The position numbers were made by a program, and so were the translations under genes. Below are positions 26,823 through 36,676 of a stretch of 64,000 nucleotides of DNA, in pieces. The notes under the pieces were generated by a model, which was not told the DNA's origin, ran no database searches, and saw only the letters and a program-made list of their open reading frames with translations. The stretch is from a virus (lineage: Duplodnaviria; Caudoviricetes), in the IMG/VR virus record IMGVR_UViG_3300035208_006985, one strand, 5' to 3'. Each line of letters starts with the position of its first letter. Position 1 is the first letter of the stretch.

Positions 26823-27632
26823 CTATTTAACTAATTCAACATAGTTAAAACTTTTATTAATGTCAACAAGTATTTCATCAACACTTTTATTTTTTAAAAC
26901 CTCATCTGGATCCTTCCACTGCTGCGCCGACATAACCCCGACTTCAAATCCCAATTCCTTTGCTATAGGATAAGATTTTTCTTTGGCTCTTTGCCCCGCA
27001 GCATCCTGATCAAACCACAACACAACTCTATTACAAACACGCCTTAAAATAGTTAATTGCTGCAAAGTCAAGGCAGTTCCACAAGGGGCTATAACGTTCT
27101 TTATTCCTGCCTGCCACAAAGAAATTACATCCACATTACCCTCTACTACAATACAGCAATCCTGAGATACAATAGTCTCCATAGCCTGAGCAAAACCAAA
27201 TAAAGATAATGATTTTTTAAAAATATAACTATTACGAGTATTAATGTACTTAGGAGTTTCTGGATCAGCTCCTGGCAGAGCCCTTCCACTAAATGATACT
27301 ATATTTCCCGCTATATTATAAATAGGAAATACAACACGATCATTCAGTATACTGCATAAATTATGTTTATGTATAAATAGGACACCAAGCTGTATTAAAT
27401 CTTCTTTTGTCTTTGTTTCTAAAGATCTAACAAAAGTATCAACATCAAATGGGATGTACCCCACACCAAATTCAGCAATACTCTCCTGCTGCAAATCCCT
27501 TTGAGCCACATATTGAAGGGCTTTTTCTGAATCATATAAAGCATCTTTAGATAATTTTGAAAACTTATCCATAGCCGTATAGAACTCTTTGGCTCTATTA
27601 AGAATTGGAATTATTAAACTGCTTTTGCTCAT
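26823..27632 (-). CDS. dnaG: DnaG primase catalytic core (no Zn-binding domain)
   Basis: RVVFPI, SFSGRAL, PKYIN, VVEGNVDV, FDQDAAG, KDPDE. Confidence 0.9.
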   Translation of the reverse strand: MSKSSLIIPILNRAKEFYTAMDKFSKLSKDALYDSEKALQYVAQRDLQQESIAEFGVGYIPFDVDTFVRSLETKTKEDLIQLGVLFIHKHNLCSILNDRVVFPIYNIAGNIVSFSGRALPGADPETPKYINTRNSYIFKKSLSLFGFAQAMETIVSQDCCIVVEGNVDVISLWQAGIKNVIAPCGTALTLQQLTILRRVCNRVVLWFDQDAAGQRAKEKSYPIAKELGFEVGVMSAQQWKDPDEVLKNKSVDEILVDINKSFNYVELVK

Positions 27633-28026
27633 ACAAGGCTTTTATTACATTTTCTCCCACTGAATCTTTTCTTTTCGCATCTCTTTCTATACACTCCTGT
27701 AAGGGGGTATCTATCCAAAACACTTCTATCTCAATATCAGACCTAACGGATTTAATAAATATGGTCCACCAATCAACAGTTATATCCTTTATATTAGTAT
27801 CATCAATTACTACAGAATAATCCTGAACTAATAACTCCTCAACAATACGCATTTGCAAAAGTTTTATTATATCTTCATTCTCAATAGAGTATTCCCCAAA
27901 ATCCAGCATCTTTCTTAAATCATCCCTATTGATCCTTTTTGTTCTGGGATTATTTAGCACCAGCTCACGAGCTTTGGTCGTTTTACCACTGGCAGGAATC
28001 CCACGCAATATAATTACTTTTCGCAT
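27598..28026 (-). CDS. Polynucleotide kinase (AAA_33; T4 PseT kinase domain-like)
   Basis: GIPASGKTT, RINRDDLR, IDDTN, ECIERD. Confidence 0.88.
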   Translation of the reverse strand: MRKVIILRGIPASGKTTKARELVLNNPRTKRINRDDLRKMLDFGEYSIENEDIIKLLQMRIVEELLVQDYSVVIDDTNIKDITVDWWTIFIKSVRSDIEIEVFWIDTPLQECIERDAKRKDSVGENVIKALYEQKQFNNSNS

Positions 28027-28030
28027 ATTA

Positions 28031-28948
28031 TTACCTGTACTTAAAAAATTGCTCAGGACGAATTTTTTTCATTTCATAATTATCAAATATAACATCTACT
28101 GTATCTGGATTAACATCTTTAAAACCCACTAATCTTGTAACCGGAATATTAACACAACTAACTAATGAAATCACCCTCTTATTAATAATAAGCTTTTCTT
28201 GGTTATCTTGCAACACTTGTTTTATTTTTTCTGTGGCTATAATGCTATAAATATCATTAAACCAATCTTTAATTGGTCCATTATCCTGTAAAAGCTTTGT
28301 AGCGGTCTTTTCACCAATAGATGGAACTCCTTCTATACCATCAGAAGTGTCCCCCACTAAAGTTAAATAATCAGCTAATAGTTCTGGACCTACACCAAAG
28401 TCCTCCACAACTTTATCAATAGTATGCACAGTGTCTTTACCTTTACCCGGAGCCACTACTTTAACATCCTTTGTAATAAGCTGCCTCAAATCCTTGTCCC
28501 CCGTAATTATAAAAGCCTTTCGATTAGGATGCAAAAGTGCTGTTGTCTGAATAAAATGTGCAATAACGTCATCAGACTCATACCCCACAGAAGTATATTG
28601 AGGAAACTGCATAGAATATAAAGCCTTCTTAATATCCTCTTCTTGTCTCCTTAACTCAATAGGGGTTTCTTTCCTATCCTGCTTATATGTTGGCAGAATT
28701 TCTAAGCGCTTAAGCTCTTTACGATGACTGCCCCAACAAACTATATTATTCTCTGCCCCATATTGATCTAAGTATCTAGATAAATAAGAGAAGAACCCAT
28801 AAAATGCTCCACTCATCATTCCTGTTGAAGTTTTTAATACATTGCCTGGCCTAGAAAATGCAAAGTAAGACCTATAAACTAAGTTCTCAGCATCGATCAG
28901 CAATAGATCTGTTTTTTGTTCAGGCTTTGGTTGAAATTTTACTATCAT
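28031..28948 (-). CDS. 5'-3' exonuclease / flap endonuclease (PolI N-terminal-like)
   Basis: LLIDAENLVYRSYF, YKQDR, YESDDVI, TGDKDL, GDTSDGIEGVPSIGEKTA. Confidence 0.92.
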   Translation of the reverse strand: MIVKFQPKPEQKTDLLLIDAENLVYRSYFAFSRPGNVLKTSTGMMSGAFYGFFSYLSRYLDQYGAENNIVCWGSHRKELKRLEILPTYKQDRKETPIELRRQEEDIKKALYSMQFPQYTSVGYESDDVIAHFIQTTALLHPNRKAFIITGDKDLRQLITKDVKVVAPGKGKDTVHTIDKVVEDFGVGPELLADYLTLVGDTSDGIEGVPSIGEKTATKLLQDNGPIKDWFNDIYSIIATEKIKQVLQDNQEKLIINKRVISLVSCVNIPVTRLVGFKDVNPDTVDVIFDNYEMKKIRPEQFFKYR

Positions 28949-29163
28949 TTTTCAGTCCACCTAATCAAAATAGCTATAAAATGATTTAACCATTTATACA
29001 ATTTTTTAATAATATCTCTCTGAACATACCCATTACCAAAGCATCTAAGACAGGTATCTCCACAATCATCATACTTAGCTGATTCTTCCGACCATATATC
29101 ACCAGTCCCTCCACACTCTGGGCAATCTTTTCTAAATGTCAACCATAGCCAGAATTTTTTCAT
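28945..29163 (-). CDS. Small CxxCxGxG Zn-finger protein
   Basis: CPECGGTG...CLRCFGNG. Confidence 0.6.
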   Translation of the reverse strand: MKKFWLWLTFRKDCPECGGTGDIWSEESAKYDDCGDTCLRCFGNGYVQRDIIKKLYKWLNHFIAILIRWTEK

Positions 29164-29167
29164 CTTT

Positions 29168-30331
29168 TTAACCCTTTATACAGGCCAATGGTTCAAGTTT
29201 TACTATAACTTCTACTAAATCTTCTTGTTCTTTCATAACTACGTCAATATCTTTATAACTTCCTGGAGCCTCATCTAAATCATCTCTCCCACGGATAGCA
29301 TGTAAAATGCCCCTATCTTCCATCTGTTTCTTTTCTTCCTCTAAATTTAATGTGCGCTGTGCTTCTTTACGTCCCATCTTCCGACCGGCTCCGTGTGAAC
29401 AAGATTGAAAACTTTCTACATTACCTCTACCCTTTACAATATAGCTAGAAGTACCTTGAGAACCAGGAATAATACCCATTTCCCCCTCTCGAGCAGAAGT
29501 AGCCCCTTTACGATGAACTATAACATTCTTTCCAAAATGATTCTCTCTTCGTGCATAATTGTGAGCTATATTAATCATTGGAAAAAAGGCAGCATTAGTT
29601 TCTGTTCCAATAATCTGACATATCCTGTCCATCATAAGCTTACGATTAGCTAAAGCAAATTCAACACAATAATTCATCTCAGACCAATACATAGATCCAA
29701 GTGCTTCACAAGTTGGTAAAAAAGCCAAATCCCAATTTTTAGGAACACTACTAAAGTATTCAGCATTCATATCTATAGCTATTTTATTATAATGTTGGGC
29801 TACTTGAAGGCCTATATTACGACTGCCAGAATGAAGCATAATCCATATATTTCCATCACTCCCCTTTTGAATTTCAATAAAATGATTACCACCCCCAAGT
29901 GTCCCTATTTGAGTTAAAGCTTTTTCAAATTCCCTATCAATGATTGGTAAATCATTCTTATCAGAACGTGTTGGCATGTTACTAATACTCTGCTTCTGTT
30001 GCTGATGAGAAAATCCTACAGGAATTCTTTTTCTTATCTCTCCCATTATTTTCCTTAATACTTCTTTATCAATTTCGGTCAAACTTGTTTTTATACTACA
30101 CATTCCACACCCTATATCCAAACCTATAGCATTTGGAATTATAATATCCTCTGTAGCTAAAACTCCACCAATAGGCATGCCGTAGCCCATATGTGTGTCA
30201 GGCATAAGACAAATTTGTTTAAATGCAAAAGGAAGTCTAGCAAGATTCCTAGCCTGATCTACGGCAGATTCTTCTGGATTATCACACCAACTTTTTATTA
30301 CAAGGGCTTTTTCTTCATTAATGAATTTCAT
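29168..30331 (-). CDS. rtcB: RtcB RNA ligase
   Basis: MPDTH, DIGCG, GGGNHFIE, HSGSR, HRKGAT, SHGAGR, DEAPGSYK. Confidence 0.95.
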   Translation of the reverse strand: MKFINEEKALVIKSWCDNPEESAVDQARNLARLPFAFKQICLMPDTHMGYGMPIGGVLATEDIIIPNAIGLDIGCGMCSIKTSLTEIDKEVLRKIMGEIRKRIPVGFSHQQQKQSISNMPTRSDKNDLPIIDREFEKALTQIGTLGGGNHFIEIQKGSDGNIWIMLHSGSRNIGLQVAQHYNKIAIDMNAEYFSSVPKNWDLAFLPTCEALGSMYWSEMNYCVEFALANRKLMMDRICQIIGTETNAAFFPMINIAHNYARRENHFGKNVIVHRKGATSAREGEMGIIPGSQGTSSYIVKGRGNVESFQSCSHGAGRKMGRKEAQRTLNLEEEKKQMEDRGILHAIRGRDDLDEAPGSYKDIDVVMKEQEDLVEVIVKLEPLACIKG

Positions 30332-30343
30332 ATTCTTTTTATC

Positions 30344-30541
30344 CTAATTATTATAATCCCCATCTATTGCTATCTTGATATCCTGTAAAGTCCCAAACAA
30401 AGTTTTTCTTTTACATATTCGCCACTCACCATCATCAACTTTATACCATATCCCCATAGAATTTAAACTAAGCCCACCTTTGCTTTCTGGTGGGCTCCCA
30501 GCATCATGACCCACTAACCTAATTATAGTTTCAGTAGACAT
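30344..30541 (-). CDS. Hypothetical protein
   Basis: AAGGG SD; shares WYKVDDG(E/D)W with the 36677 ORF. Confidence 0.55.
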   Translation of the reverse strand: MSTETIIRLVGHDAGSPPESKGGLSLNSMGIWYKVDDGEWRICKRKTLFGTLQDIKIAIDGDYNN

Positions 30542-30567
30542 ATTTTATAACCCTTAAATTATAATTA

Positions 30568-30641
30568 TGGGGTCAGCAGTTGATCTGCAAGGCTGCCCGC
30601 TTCACATCGTAGCCACCTCAGGCTATCGCGCCATGACCCCA
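30568..30641. ncRNA. GC-rich multi-stem RNA element between groEL and the rtcB unit
   Basis: TGGGGTCA/TGACCCCA closing stem, GCAG/CTGC and TAGCC/GGCTA hairpins. Confidence 0.5.
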
Positions 30642-30651
30642 CCTTTATTAT

Positions 30652-32289
30652 TTATCCCTGTTGAGATGCCATTAACTTTTCAAACTCTGCCTTCTCTTCA
30701 GGTGACTCCGCAACAACACCCTCTGTAGTTAGGAATAGCCCCGCCACGCTTGCTGCATTTTCCAAAGCACATCTTACTACTTTTGTAGGATCAATAACAC
30801 CTGAAAGCATAAGATCCTCAAATTTATCTGTCAATGCATTGTAACCAAAATTCACATTACCCTGCGAATCTCTCAAAATTGTGCTTCGAACTACCTCTCC
30901 ATTAATACCAGCATTTTGTACAATAGTATCTATGGGAGATAACAGGGCTTTTAAAATAATATCAACTCCTAATCGTTGTTCACTATTATTTCCAATATCT
31001 GTTCTGCTAAATAATTCACCAGATACTCGTAAATATGCTACTCCTCCCCCAGGAACAATGCCCTCCTCAACTGCTGCCCGGGTAGCATGCAAAGCATCCT
31101 CAATACGAGCCTTCTTTTCATTGATCTCAGCCTCAGAAGCAGCCCCAACTCTTAAAATAGCTACTCCTCCGGCCAATTTAGCCAAACGTTCCTCAAGTTT
31201 CTGCTTATCGAACTCAGAAGGCCCCTTATCAATCAGATTTCGTATCTGCTGGATTCTTTCCTTTAAAGCCTCTTGACTACCCGCACCCCCAACTAAAGTT
31301 GTGCTATCCTTAGTTATAATGGCTTTTTCAACTGTACCAAGATCCTGCAGAGTAGCGTTCTTCAGTTTTGTTCCATAGTCATCATTAAAAACCACTCCTC
31401 CAGTTAAAGTAGCAATATCCTGAAGAATGTCCTTACGGCGATCACCAAAACCCGGAGCCTTAATAGCACAAATAGGCAGATTCATTTTCATACGATTTAC
31501 TATAAGGGTTTTAAGAGCATCCCCAGCAACATCCTCAGCTATAATAAGTATAGACTGGTTTACTTGTAAAACTGCGTTTAGTATTCCTACTAAATCTGCA
31601 GGATTGACCAAGTTCCCATCATAAAATAGAACCCTGCATTTTTCCAATACAGTATCAAACGTGGTTAGTCGATTTATAAAATAATGTGATAAATAACCCC
31701 GATCAAGAACCATACCCTCTACAAAATCTACATAAGTTTCAAAATTATCAGAAGTCTCTACAGTAATAACGCCATCATTGCCTACCTTTTCCATAGCATC
31801 AGCTATAAGATTACCAATAGCAGGATCATTATTAGCTGAAATGGTTCCCACCTGAATAATCTCTTCTTTGGTAGAAACCTTTTTTGACAATTTTTTTAAT
31901 TCTTTTACAACTTCGGTAACAGTAAGATCTATCCCTCGTTTAATCTCTACTGGATTGGATCCAGCAGTTAATCTCTTTATACCCTCATGAATAATAGCCT
32001 GAGCCAAAACCGTTGCTGAAGTGGTCCCGTCGCCTGCAGTTTCTGCTGTCTTAGATGCCACTTGCTTAATCAACTGAGCCCCCATGTTCTCTACAACGTC
32101 CTTCATAAAAACTTCTTTTGCTACAGTAACACCATCCTTTGTAATCAAGGGTCCCCCATACTTCTTATCCAAAATAACATTTCTACCCTTTGGACCTAGT
32201 GTTACTTTTACCATCTTAGCCAGTGCATCTACACCCTTTTTTAATCGTTCTCGGGCTTCTGTATCATATAACAAAATTCTTGATTCCAT
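30652..32289 (-). CDS. groEL: GroEL chaperonin
   Basis: VTLGPKGRNV, AGDGTTSA, KAPGFGDRR, EEGIVPGGG, IDPTKV. Confidence 0.97.
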   Translation of the reverse strand: MESRILLYDTEARERLKKGVDALAKMVKVTLGPKGRNVILDKKYGGPLITKDGVTVAKEVFMKDVVENMGAQLIKQVASKTAETAGDGTTSATVLAQAIIHEGIKRLTAGSNPVEIKRGIDLTVTEVVKELKKLSKKVSTKEEIIQVGTISANNDPAIGNLIADAMEKVGNDGVITVETSDNFETYVDFVEGMVLDRGYLSHYFINRLTTFDTVLEKCRVLFYDGNLVNPADLVGILNAVLQVNQSILIIAEDVAGDALKTLIVNRMKMNLPICAIKAPGFGDRRKDILQDIATLTGGVVFNDDYGTKLKNATLQDLGTVEKAIITKDSTTLVGGAGSQEALKERIQQIRNLIDKGPSEFDKQKLEERLAKLAGGVAILRVGAASEAEINEKKARIEDALHATRAAVEEGIVPGGGVAYLRVSGELFSRTDIGNNSEQRLGVDIILKALLSPIDTIVQNAGINGEVVRSTILRDSQGNVNFGYNALTDKFEDLMLSGVIDPTKVVRCALENAASVAGLFLTTEGVVAESPEEKAEFEKLMASQQG

Positions 32290-32309
32290 GTGCTTTATCC
32301 TTATATAAA

Positions 32310-32495
32310 TTATTCAATTATGTTATGTTTTTTATTATACTTTTCTTTTACTTCTTTGTACAAATCTTCAATCTCTACACATCTTGTTATAGATAAATCT
32401 GTATTAGCATCTCTAACAAGATAAGAGCATTTACCATCAAGCAAGTCTAACAATGCACTTTCAAGTTCTTCTATATATTGGTCGCGATCAACCAT
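32310..32495 (-). CDS. Hypothetical protein
   Basis: Packed ORF. Confidence 0.5.
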   Translation of the reverse strand: MVDRDQYIEELESALLDLLDGKCSYLVRDANTDLSITRCVEIEDLYKEVKEKYNKKHNIIE

Positions 32496-32497
32496 GT

Positions 32498-33091
32498 TTA
32501 ATCCCTTTCAAAATAAAGTAATGTTGGATTGTTTGTATGAATATTATACAAATTTTTAAACTCATCTCCAAACTGTTTTCTATCAAAAGGTCTGGTTATC
32601 AAATGCATACCAATAGCTGTAGGTATTTCAGTTATAATTTTATCCCCCTCTGGCCTACATTTATAAATAAAATCTTTTATATCAACAACAGGTCTTATTA
32701 GAGGATAATCAATATCTATTACCCACCTATGATCTAATCCTGCTGTAGTTACTCCACAAGCATGATCAAACACCCTAGCACTCTTCTTAAAGTCTACGTT
32801 TGAAATGTAATCTGCTAATATTTTTAAAGATTCCAATGTGCATTTTCTAAAGGATCTGGCATTAATATTTAACATTGCTCGAGCCCGAAACATCCTGCAT
32901 AAATTCTTAATCTCATCCCAATGATCGGACAGGTCATTTAAAGACTTAATATAATACACTTTTATAACATGTGTATCTTTTAATAGCTCCGGATGATCTT
33001 TCTTTCTCTGAAGAATCTGCAAATGATAGAAAATATCTTCAGAAGGAAAATCTAGCAAAGTACTTAGTTTTTCGTAATTATTGATAATCAT
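32498..33091 (-). CDS. Phage protein with AEP primase-like DxD...H pattern
   Basis: WVIDID and TAIGMHLI; coupled to the polA stop. Confidence 0.4.
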   Translation of the reverse strand: MIINNYEKLSTLLDFPSEDIFYHLQILQRKKDHPELLKDTHVIKVYYIKSLNDLSDHWDEIKNLCRMFRARAMLNINARSFRKCTLESLKILADYISNVDFKKSARVFDHACGVTTAGLDHRWVIDIDYPLIRPVVDIKDFIYKCRPEGDKIITEIPTAIGMHLITRPFDRKQFGDEFKNLYNIHTNNPTLLYFERD

Positions 33092-36012
33092 AATTTATCA
33101 GCCATCTCAACTAACTCAAATTTCTCGAATATACCTATTAACTGTTCATCCAAATCTTTCTTATTATCAATCTCCACCATATCCCCCCAACGCTTACCAA
33201 TCTTAGCCTCAGCCTCAATCTTTACATGAAGTTCGGGTAAAGGTAAATCGAATTCCTGAAATGCAATTTGTATAACATATTTTAAATGCTCTTTTGGAGT
33301 ATTAAATACTAAGGAATCATATACTGTTAAATTTAATTTTACTGGAATTTTCTGTTGCCATAACTTTGATAATATACGAACTCCTGCCATCAAAGTCAAA
33401 TCTGATGCAGAGCCTTGTACTGGGGAATTTTTACTTTGCCTTTCAAGTCCAATATCGTTTCTAAGCTTAAGCTCTGGAATGTGCCTTCTACGCCCATGAA
33501 TACAACTTACATAACCATCCCGCCTACAATCTAAATGTAGTTTGTTAAGAAACCCAAAACCCTTTCTATAACGCTTTCTAATACTTTCTAAAACTCTCTC
33601 AGCCTCCCTCAAAGGTATGTTTAATGACTTTGCTATAGCCGGAGCTGTTCTACCATAAATAGGACCAAAAACTACTTCGGTTTTAGCATCCTGACGCTGC
33701 TCCTTAGTAACATCTTTAGTTAGATCAGCAAACATTTCAGGTGTTATATCATCCTTTGAAGGTAAAATACGATTGTAATAAACTACTCCAGCCATAACCT
33801 TGTGTATATCAAGACCAAATTCTATATCTCTGATCATGCGCTCGTCTTGACTCATTGAAGCCCATACCCTAAACTCCATAGCCTTACCATCTAACTCTAA
33901 TAAATAACACCCTTCTTCAGCTATAAAAGTATTTTTTATATCCGTTGCAGTAGCTTTACGGGGTATATTATTTAGGTTAGGGACCCTTGAAGATGGTCTT
34001 CCTGTTTTTGTTCCAGTTAAAAAATACTGAGTATGAATTCTGTCATTAAAATCTATATGATTTAATAACCCATCCACAAATGTAGACTTTAATTGCATTA
34101 ACTTCCGAGTTGTAGATATAATATTACAGGCATCATTACGTTCTGACAACTGCTCTAACACTGCAGAATTAGTGCTGGGAGTTGTTGTGGGTTTTTTATC
34201 CTTACCCTTCGTAAAATCAATGACAGGCAACCCTAAATAAACAAAAAGAAAGTTCCTAAGCTGCACAGGAGACTTTGGATTAAATACCAAAAATTTCTTC
34301 TTAGCAGAAATACTCTCAAAATAACCTTCAAACCTGGGATAACGCTTTCTTAATTTTTCATTCTCACCATATTTAATTAAATATTCCGATCTCTTTTGAG
34401 CATTTTGAGAATTTATAAAACCTATAACCGAGGGATCGGAATTTAATGAATTTCTCAAGTCAACTATTTTCTCTCCATAGCTCTTCTGTAAATTTTCTAG
34501 ATGCTGCTTATCAACCCTTACACCCCAAACCTCTGTCATAATTAACATTATCTGAGCAGGCATCATTATATCAAATAAAGTAAATTCTAAACCATCCTGC
34601 TGAATTAGGGGTAGCATAGCCTTATAAGCCCTAAATGTCACATCGGCATCACAGCTAGAATATGGGTAAATAAGATTATTAGGTATGTCAGAATAGGATA
34701 TTTGTATCTTTTCTTTTACTAATAACCTAGCTAATAAATCTTGAGAATCATTTATACTTACCTCATCCTCCTCAAGCTCCTCCTCTATACTATTTAATTC
34801 ATCTAATGAATTTTGCTCTTGTGATTCTAAAACATAGGCCTTGTTAGCATCATCCGTAGTTTCATCAATAGAATAAAATTCATCCTTAAGTTTTTGTAAC
34901 TTGTCCTCACCCTCAGATTTTTTATCTTTCAAATCTTTAATTTTATCCTTTAATTCTTTCTTTTTATCATCCTTTTCTTTTTTCTTTGCTATTTTTAATG
35001 TATTAACATATTGTTCTAATTCAGTCTCATACCCCCCAACATCTGTATACTCCCAGGCCAAGGCTCCTAAGTTATGGGCTGTATTTTCATCTAACAAATA
35101 CGACATTAACAAAGTATCGGCATAGAAACCCCTAACTTTGATGTCATACTGCATTAACATCTTAATATCAAAGGATCCATTTTGCATTATCTTCTTTTGC
35201 TCATTCTCCATAACAGACTTAATCTGAGCCCATACATATTCATTATTCTGCACACAAAAATCATTTCTAAGATCCAACAAAACTGCAGTTCTCTCCTCCC
35301 AACTAAACGTCATAATAAAAACAGTATCTTTAAGAAAGTCCGTACCTGTAGTTTCACAGTCAAAAGCCCATTCAGGTTGCTCATTAAGATTCTTAATAAG
35401 CCAATCAAATTGAAGCCTGCTTTCAATTGTATAATAACTCCTGGGCTGGGTTTGCTGAATCACATTGCCCGACTTCAGCAAATTCACAGCATTTCTCATA
35501 TCACTAAAAAATTGAGGCTTCTTAGTAGCATCATATTGAATAGCTGAAGGACTCCAAGTAGCAAACAAAGCACAATTATACTTCTGACTTTCGAACCTTC
35601 TACCTCGCATCTTTGTAATAGTTCCCAAATTGGGTAAAAATGTTGATACAGGTGTATTACCTAATAATACTATTATCTCTGGCTTCAGTAATTCTATTTC
35701 TTTTTCTAAATACTGAAAGCAGCTTTTAATATCGTCTTTAGATGGTTTCTTACCATTTGCAGGCTTACAGCAACACATATTAGTCATAGCTACACGATCT
35801 CTAGCCAATCCAGACTGTTCTAAAGCCTCTCCGAGCATTTGTCCTGCAAGCCCTGAAATAGGACCACTCTGCAGATCATTGGATGACGGAGCCTCGCCTA
35901 TTATAAGCATTTTGGCACTATCTGGCAAAACAGAATGAACCACTCTAACTCCGTTCTTACATAAAGAACAACTTTGACAATTATTTATATGTTGGGAGTT
36001 AATCATTGCCAT
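33088..36012 (-). CDS. Family A DNA polymerase with N-terminal UDG-family-4-like domain and 3'-5' exonuclease
   Basis: CQSC...IGEAP (UDG); FDCET, NGSFD, YSSCDAD (exonuclease); TGRPSS..PNLNNIP, LDGKAMEFR, AK..VFGPIYG, VQGSASD, VYDS (polymerase). Start may be 36006. Confidence 0.92.
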   Translation of the reverse strand: MAMINSQHINNCQSCSLCKNGVRVVHSVLPDSAKMLIIGEAPSSNDLQSGPISGLAGQMLGEALEQSGLARDRVAMTNMCCCKPANGKKPSKDDIKSCFQYLEKEIELLKPEIIVLLGNTPVSTFLPNLGTITKMRGRRFESQKYNCALFATWSPSAIQYDATKKPQFFSDMRNAVNLLKSGNVIQQTQPRSYYTIESRLQFDWLIKNLNEQPEWAFDCETTGTDFLKDTVFIMTFSWEERTAVLLDLRNDFCVQNNEYVWAQIKSVMENEQKKIMQNGSFDIKMLMQYDIKVRGFYADTLLMSYLLDENTAHNLGALAWEYTDVGGYETELEQYVNTLKIAKKKEKDDKKKELKDKIKDLKDKKSEGEDKLQKLKDEFYSIDETTDDANKAYVLESQEQNSLDELNSIEEELEEDEVSINDSQDLLARLLVKEKIQISYSDIPNNLIYPYSSCDADVTFRAYKAMLPLIQQDGLEFTLFDIMMPAQIMLIMTEVWGVRVDKQHLENLQKSYGEKIVDLRNSLNSDPSVIGFINSQNAQKRSEYLIKYGENEKLRKRYPRFEGYFESISAKKKFLVFNPKSPVQLRNFLFVYLGLPVIDFTKGKDKKPTTTPSTNSAVLEQLSERNDACNIISTTRKLMQLKSTFVDGLLNHIDFNDRIHTQYFLTGTKTGRPSSRVPNLNNIPRKATATDIKNTFIAEEGCYLLELDGKAMEFRVWASMSQDERMIRDIEFGLDIHKVMAGVVYYNRILPSKDDITPEMFADLTKDVTKEQRQDAKTEVVFGPIYGRTAPAIAKSLNIPLREAERVLESIRKRYRKGFGFLNKLHLDCRRDGYVSCIHGRRRHIPELKLRNDIGLERQSKNSPVQGSASDLTLMAGVRILSKLWQQKIPVKLNLTVYDSLVFNTPKEHLKYVIQIAFQEFDLPLPELHVKIEAEAKIGKRWGDMVEIDNKKDLDEQLIGIFEKFELVEMADKL

Positions 36013-36272
36013 TCAGGTTTATCTCCGTTTACAAAATCAAGTTGATGCCCTATTAAATTATACAAACCCCAAACATCCTTAAACATTAAATAACCTTGTA
36101 AGTACCCAGCAGCTAAAGCTCCAAATATTTGTGACATAGCATAGCAAAGTAATAATCTCCACATCAATAGTTCATGCCCCACTTGAGCAATTATCAATGA
36201 TACAAACACTAATGATAAAACAAAACAAATTATAAATCTATCTCTATACCACTTTGCAATATTCATATTCAC
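36003..36272 (-). CDS. Small membrane protein
   Basis: Two hydrophobic segments. Confidence 0.55.
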   Translation of the reverse strand: MNMNIAKWYRDRFIICFVLSLVFVSLIIAQVGHELLMWRLLLCYAMSQIFGALAAGYLQGYLMFKDVWGLYNLIGHQLDFVNGDKPEWQ

Positions 36273-36278
36273 CTCACT

Positions 36279-36482
36279 TTAGATCATCTCATTCCAAGCA
36301 CAAAATATTCTCATCCAATCCTCTACAAATTTATCGTCTACCTCACCACAGTGTTTCATATTTTCTTTAAAGGGTTTTATACTATTTTCAATCTCCTCTA
36401 AAAATTCAAGCAAGCTAATCTTACGAGGAAAACAGATTTCCGTCATATCTTCACAAGATCTGGTATCCTTGTCCATATTCAC
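36279..36482 (-). CDS. Hypothetical protein
   Basis: GAGG SD. Confidence 0.5.
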   Translation of the reverse strand: MNMDKDTRSCEDMTEICFPRKISLLEFLEEIENSIKPFKENMKHCGEVDDKFVEDWMRIFCAWNEMI

Positions 36483-36483
36483 C

Positions 36484-36675
36484 TCACCTCAAGTCGGATT
36501 CAAAAGCCCCCGTATCATTAAATTTGTCCGCAGTTACCTCATAAACTCTTGAGTTCCAAACTATGTATTTATAGCCCAACTTTCTTGCAGGTTTAAGTAG
36601 TTCGCCTATACTGCCGATAAAAGTTGTACAATTTAATGTATTTTTCCATAAAAAATCTGATATTGTGTCCGGCAT
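36484..36675 (-). CDS. Hypothetical protein
   Basis: AGGAG SD. Confidence 0.55.
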   Translation of the reverse strand: MPDTISDFLWKNTLNCTTFIGSIGELLKPARKLGYKYIVWNSRVYEVTADKFNDTGAFESDLR

Positions 36676-36676
36676 T

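Noticed and set aside
34769-34780. 12-nt match (tcctcaagctcc) to the tnpB2 guide region
   Set aside because: Covers only the distal part, not the seed; compatible with chance.
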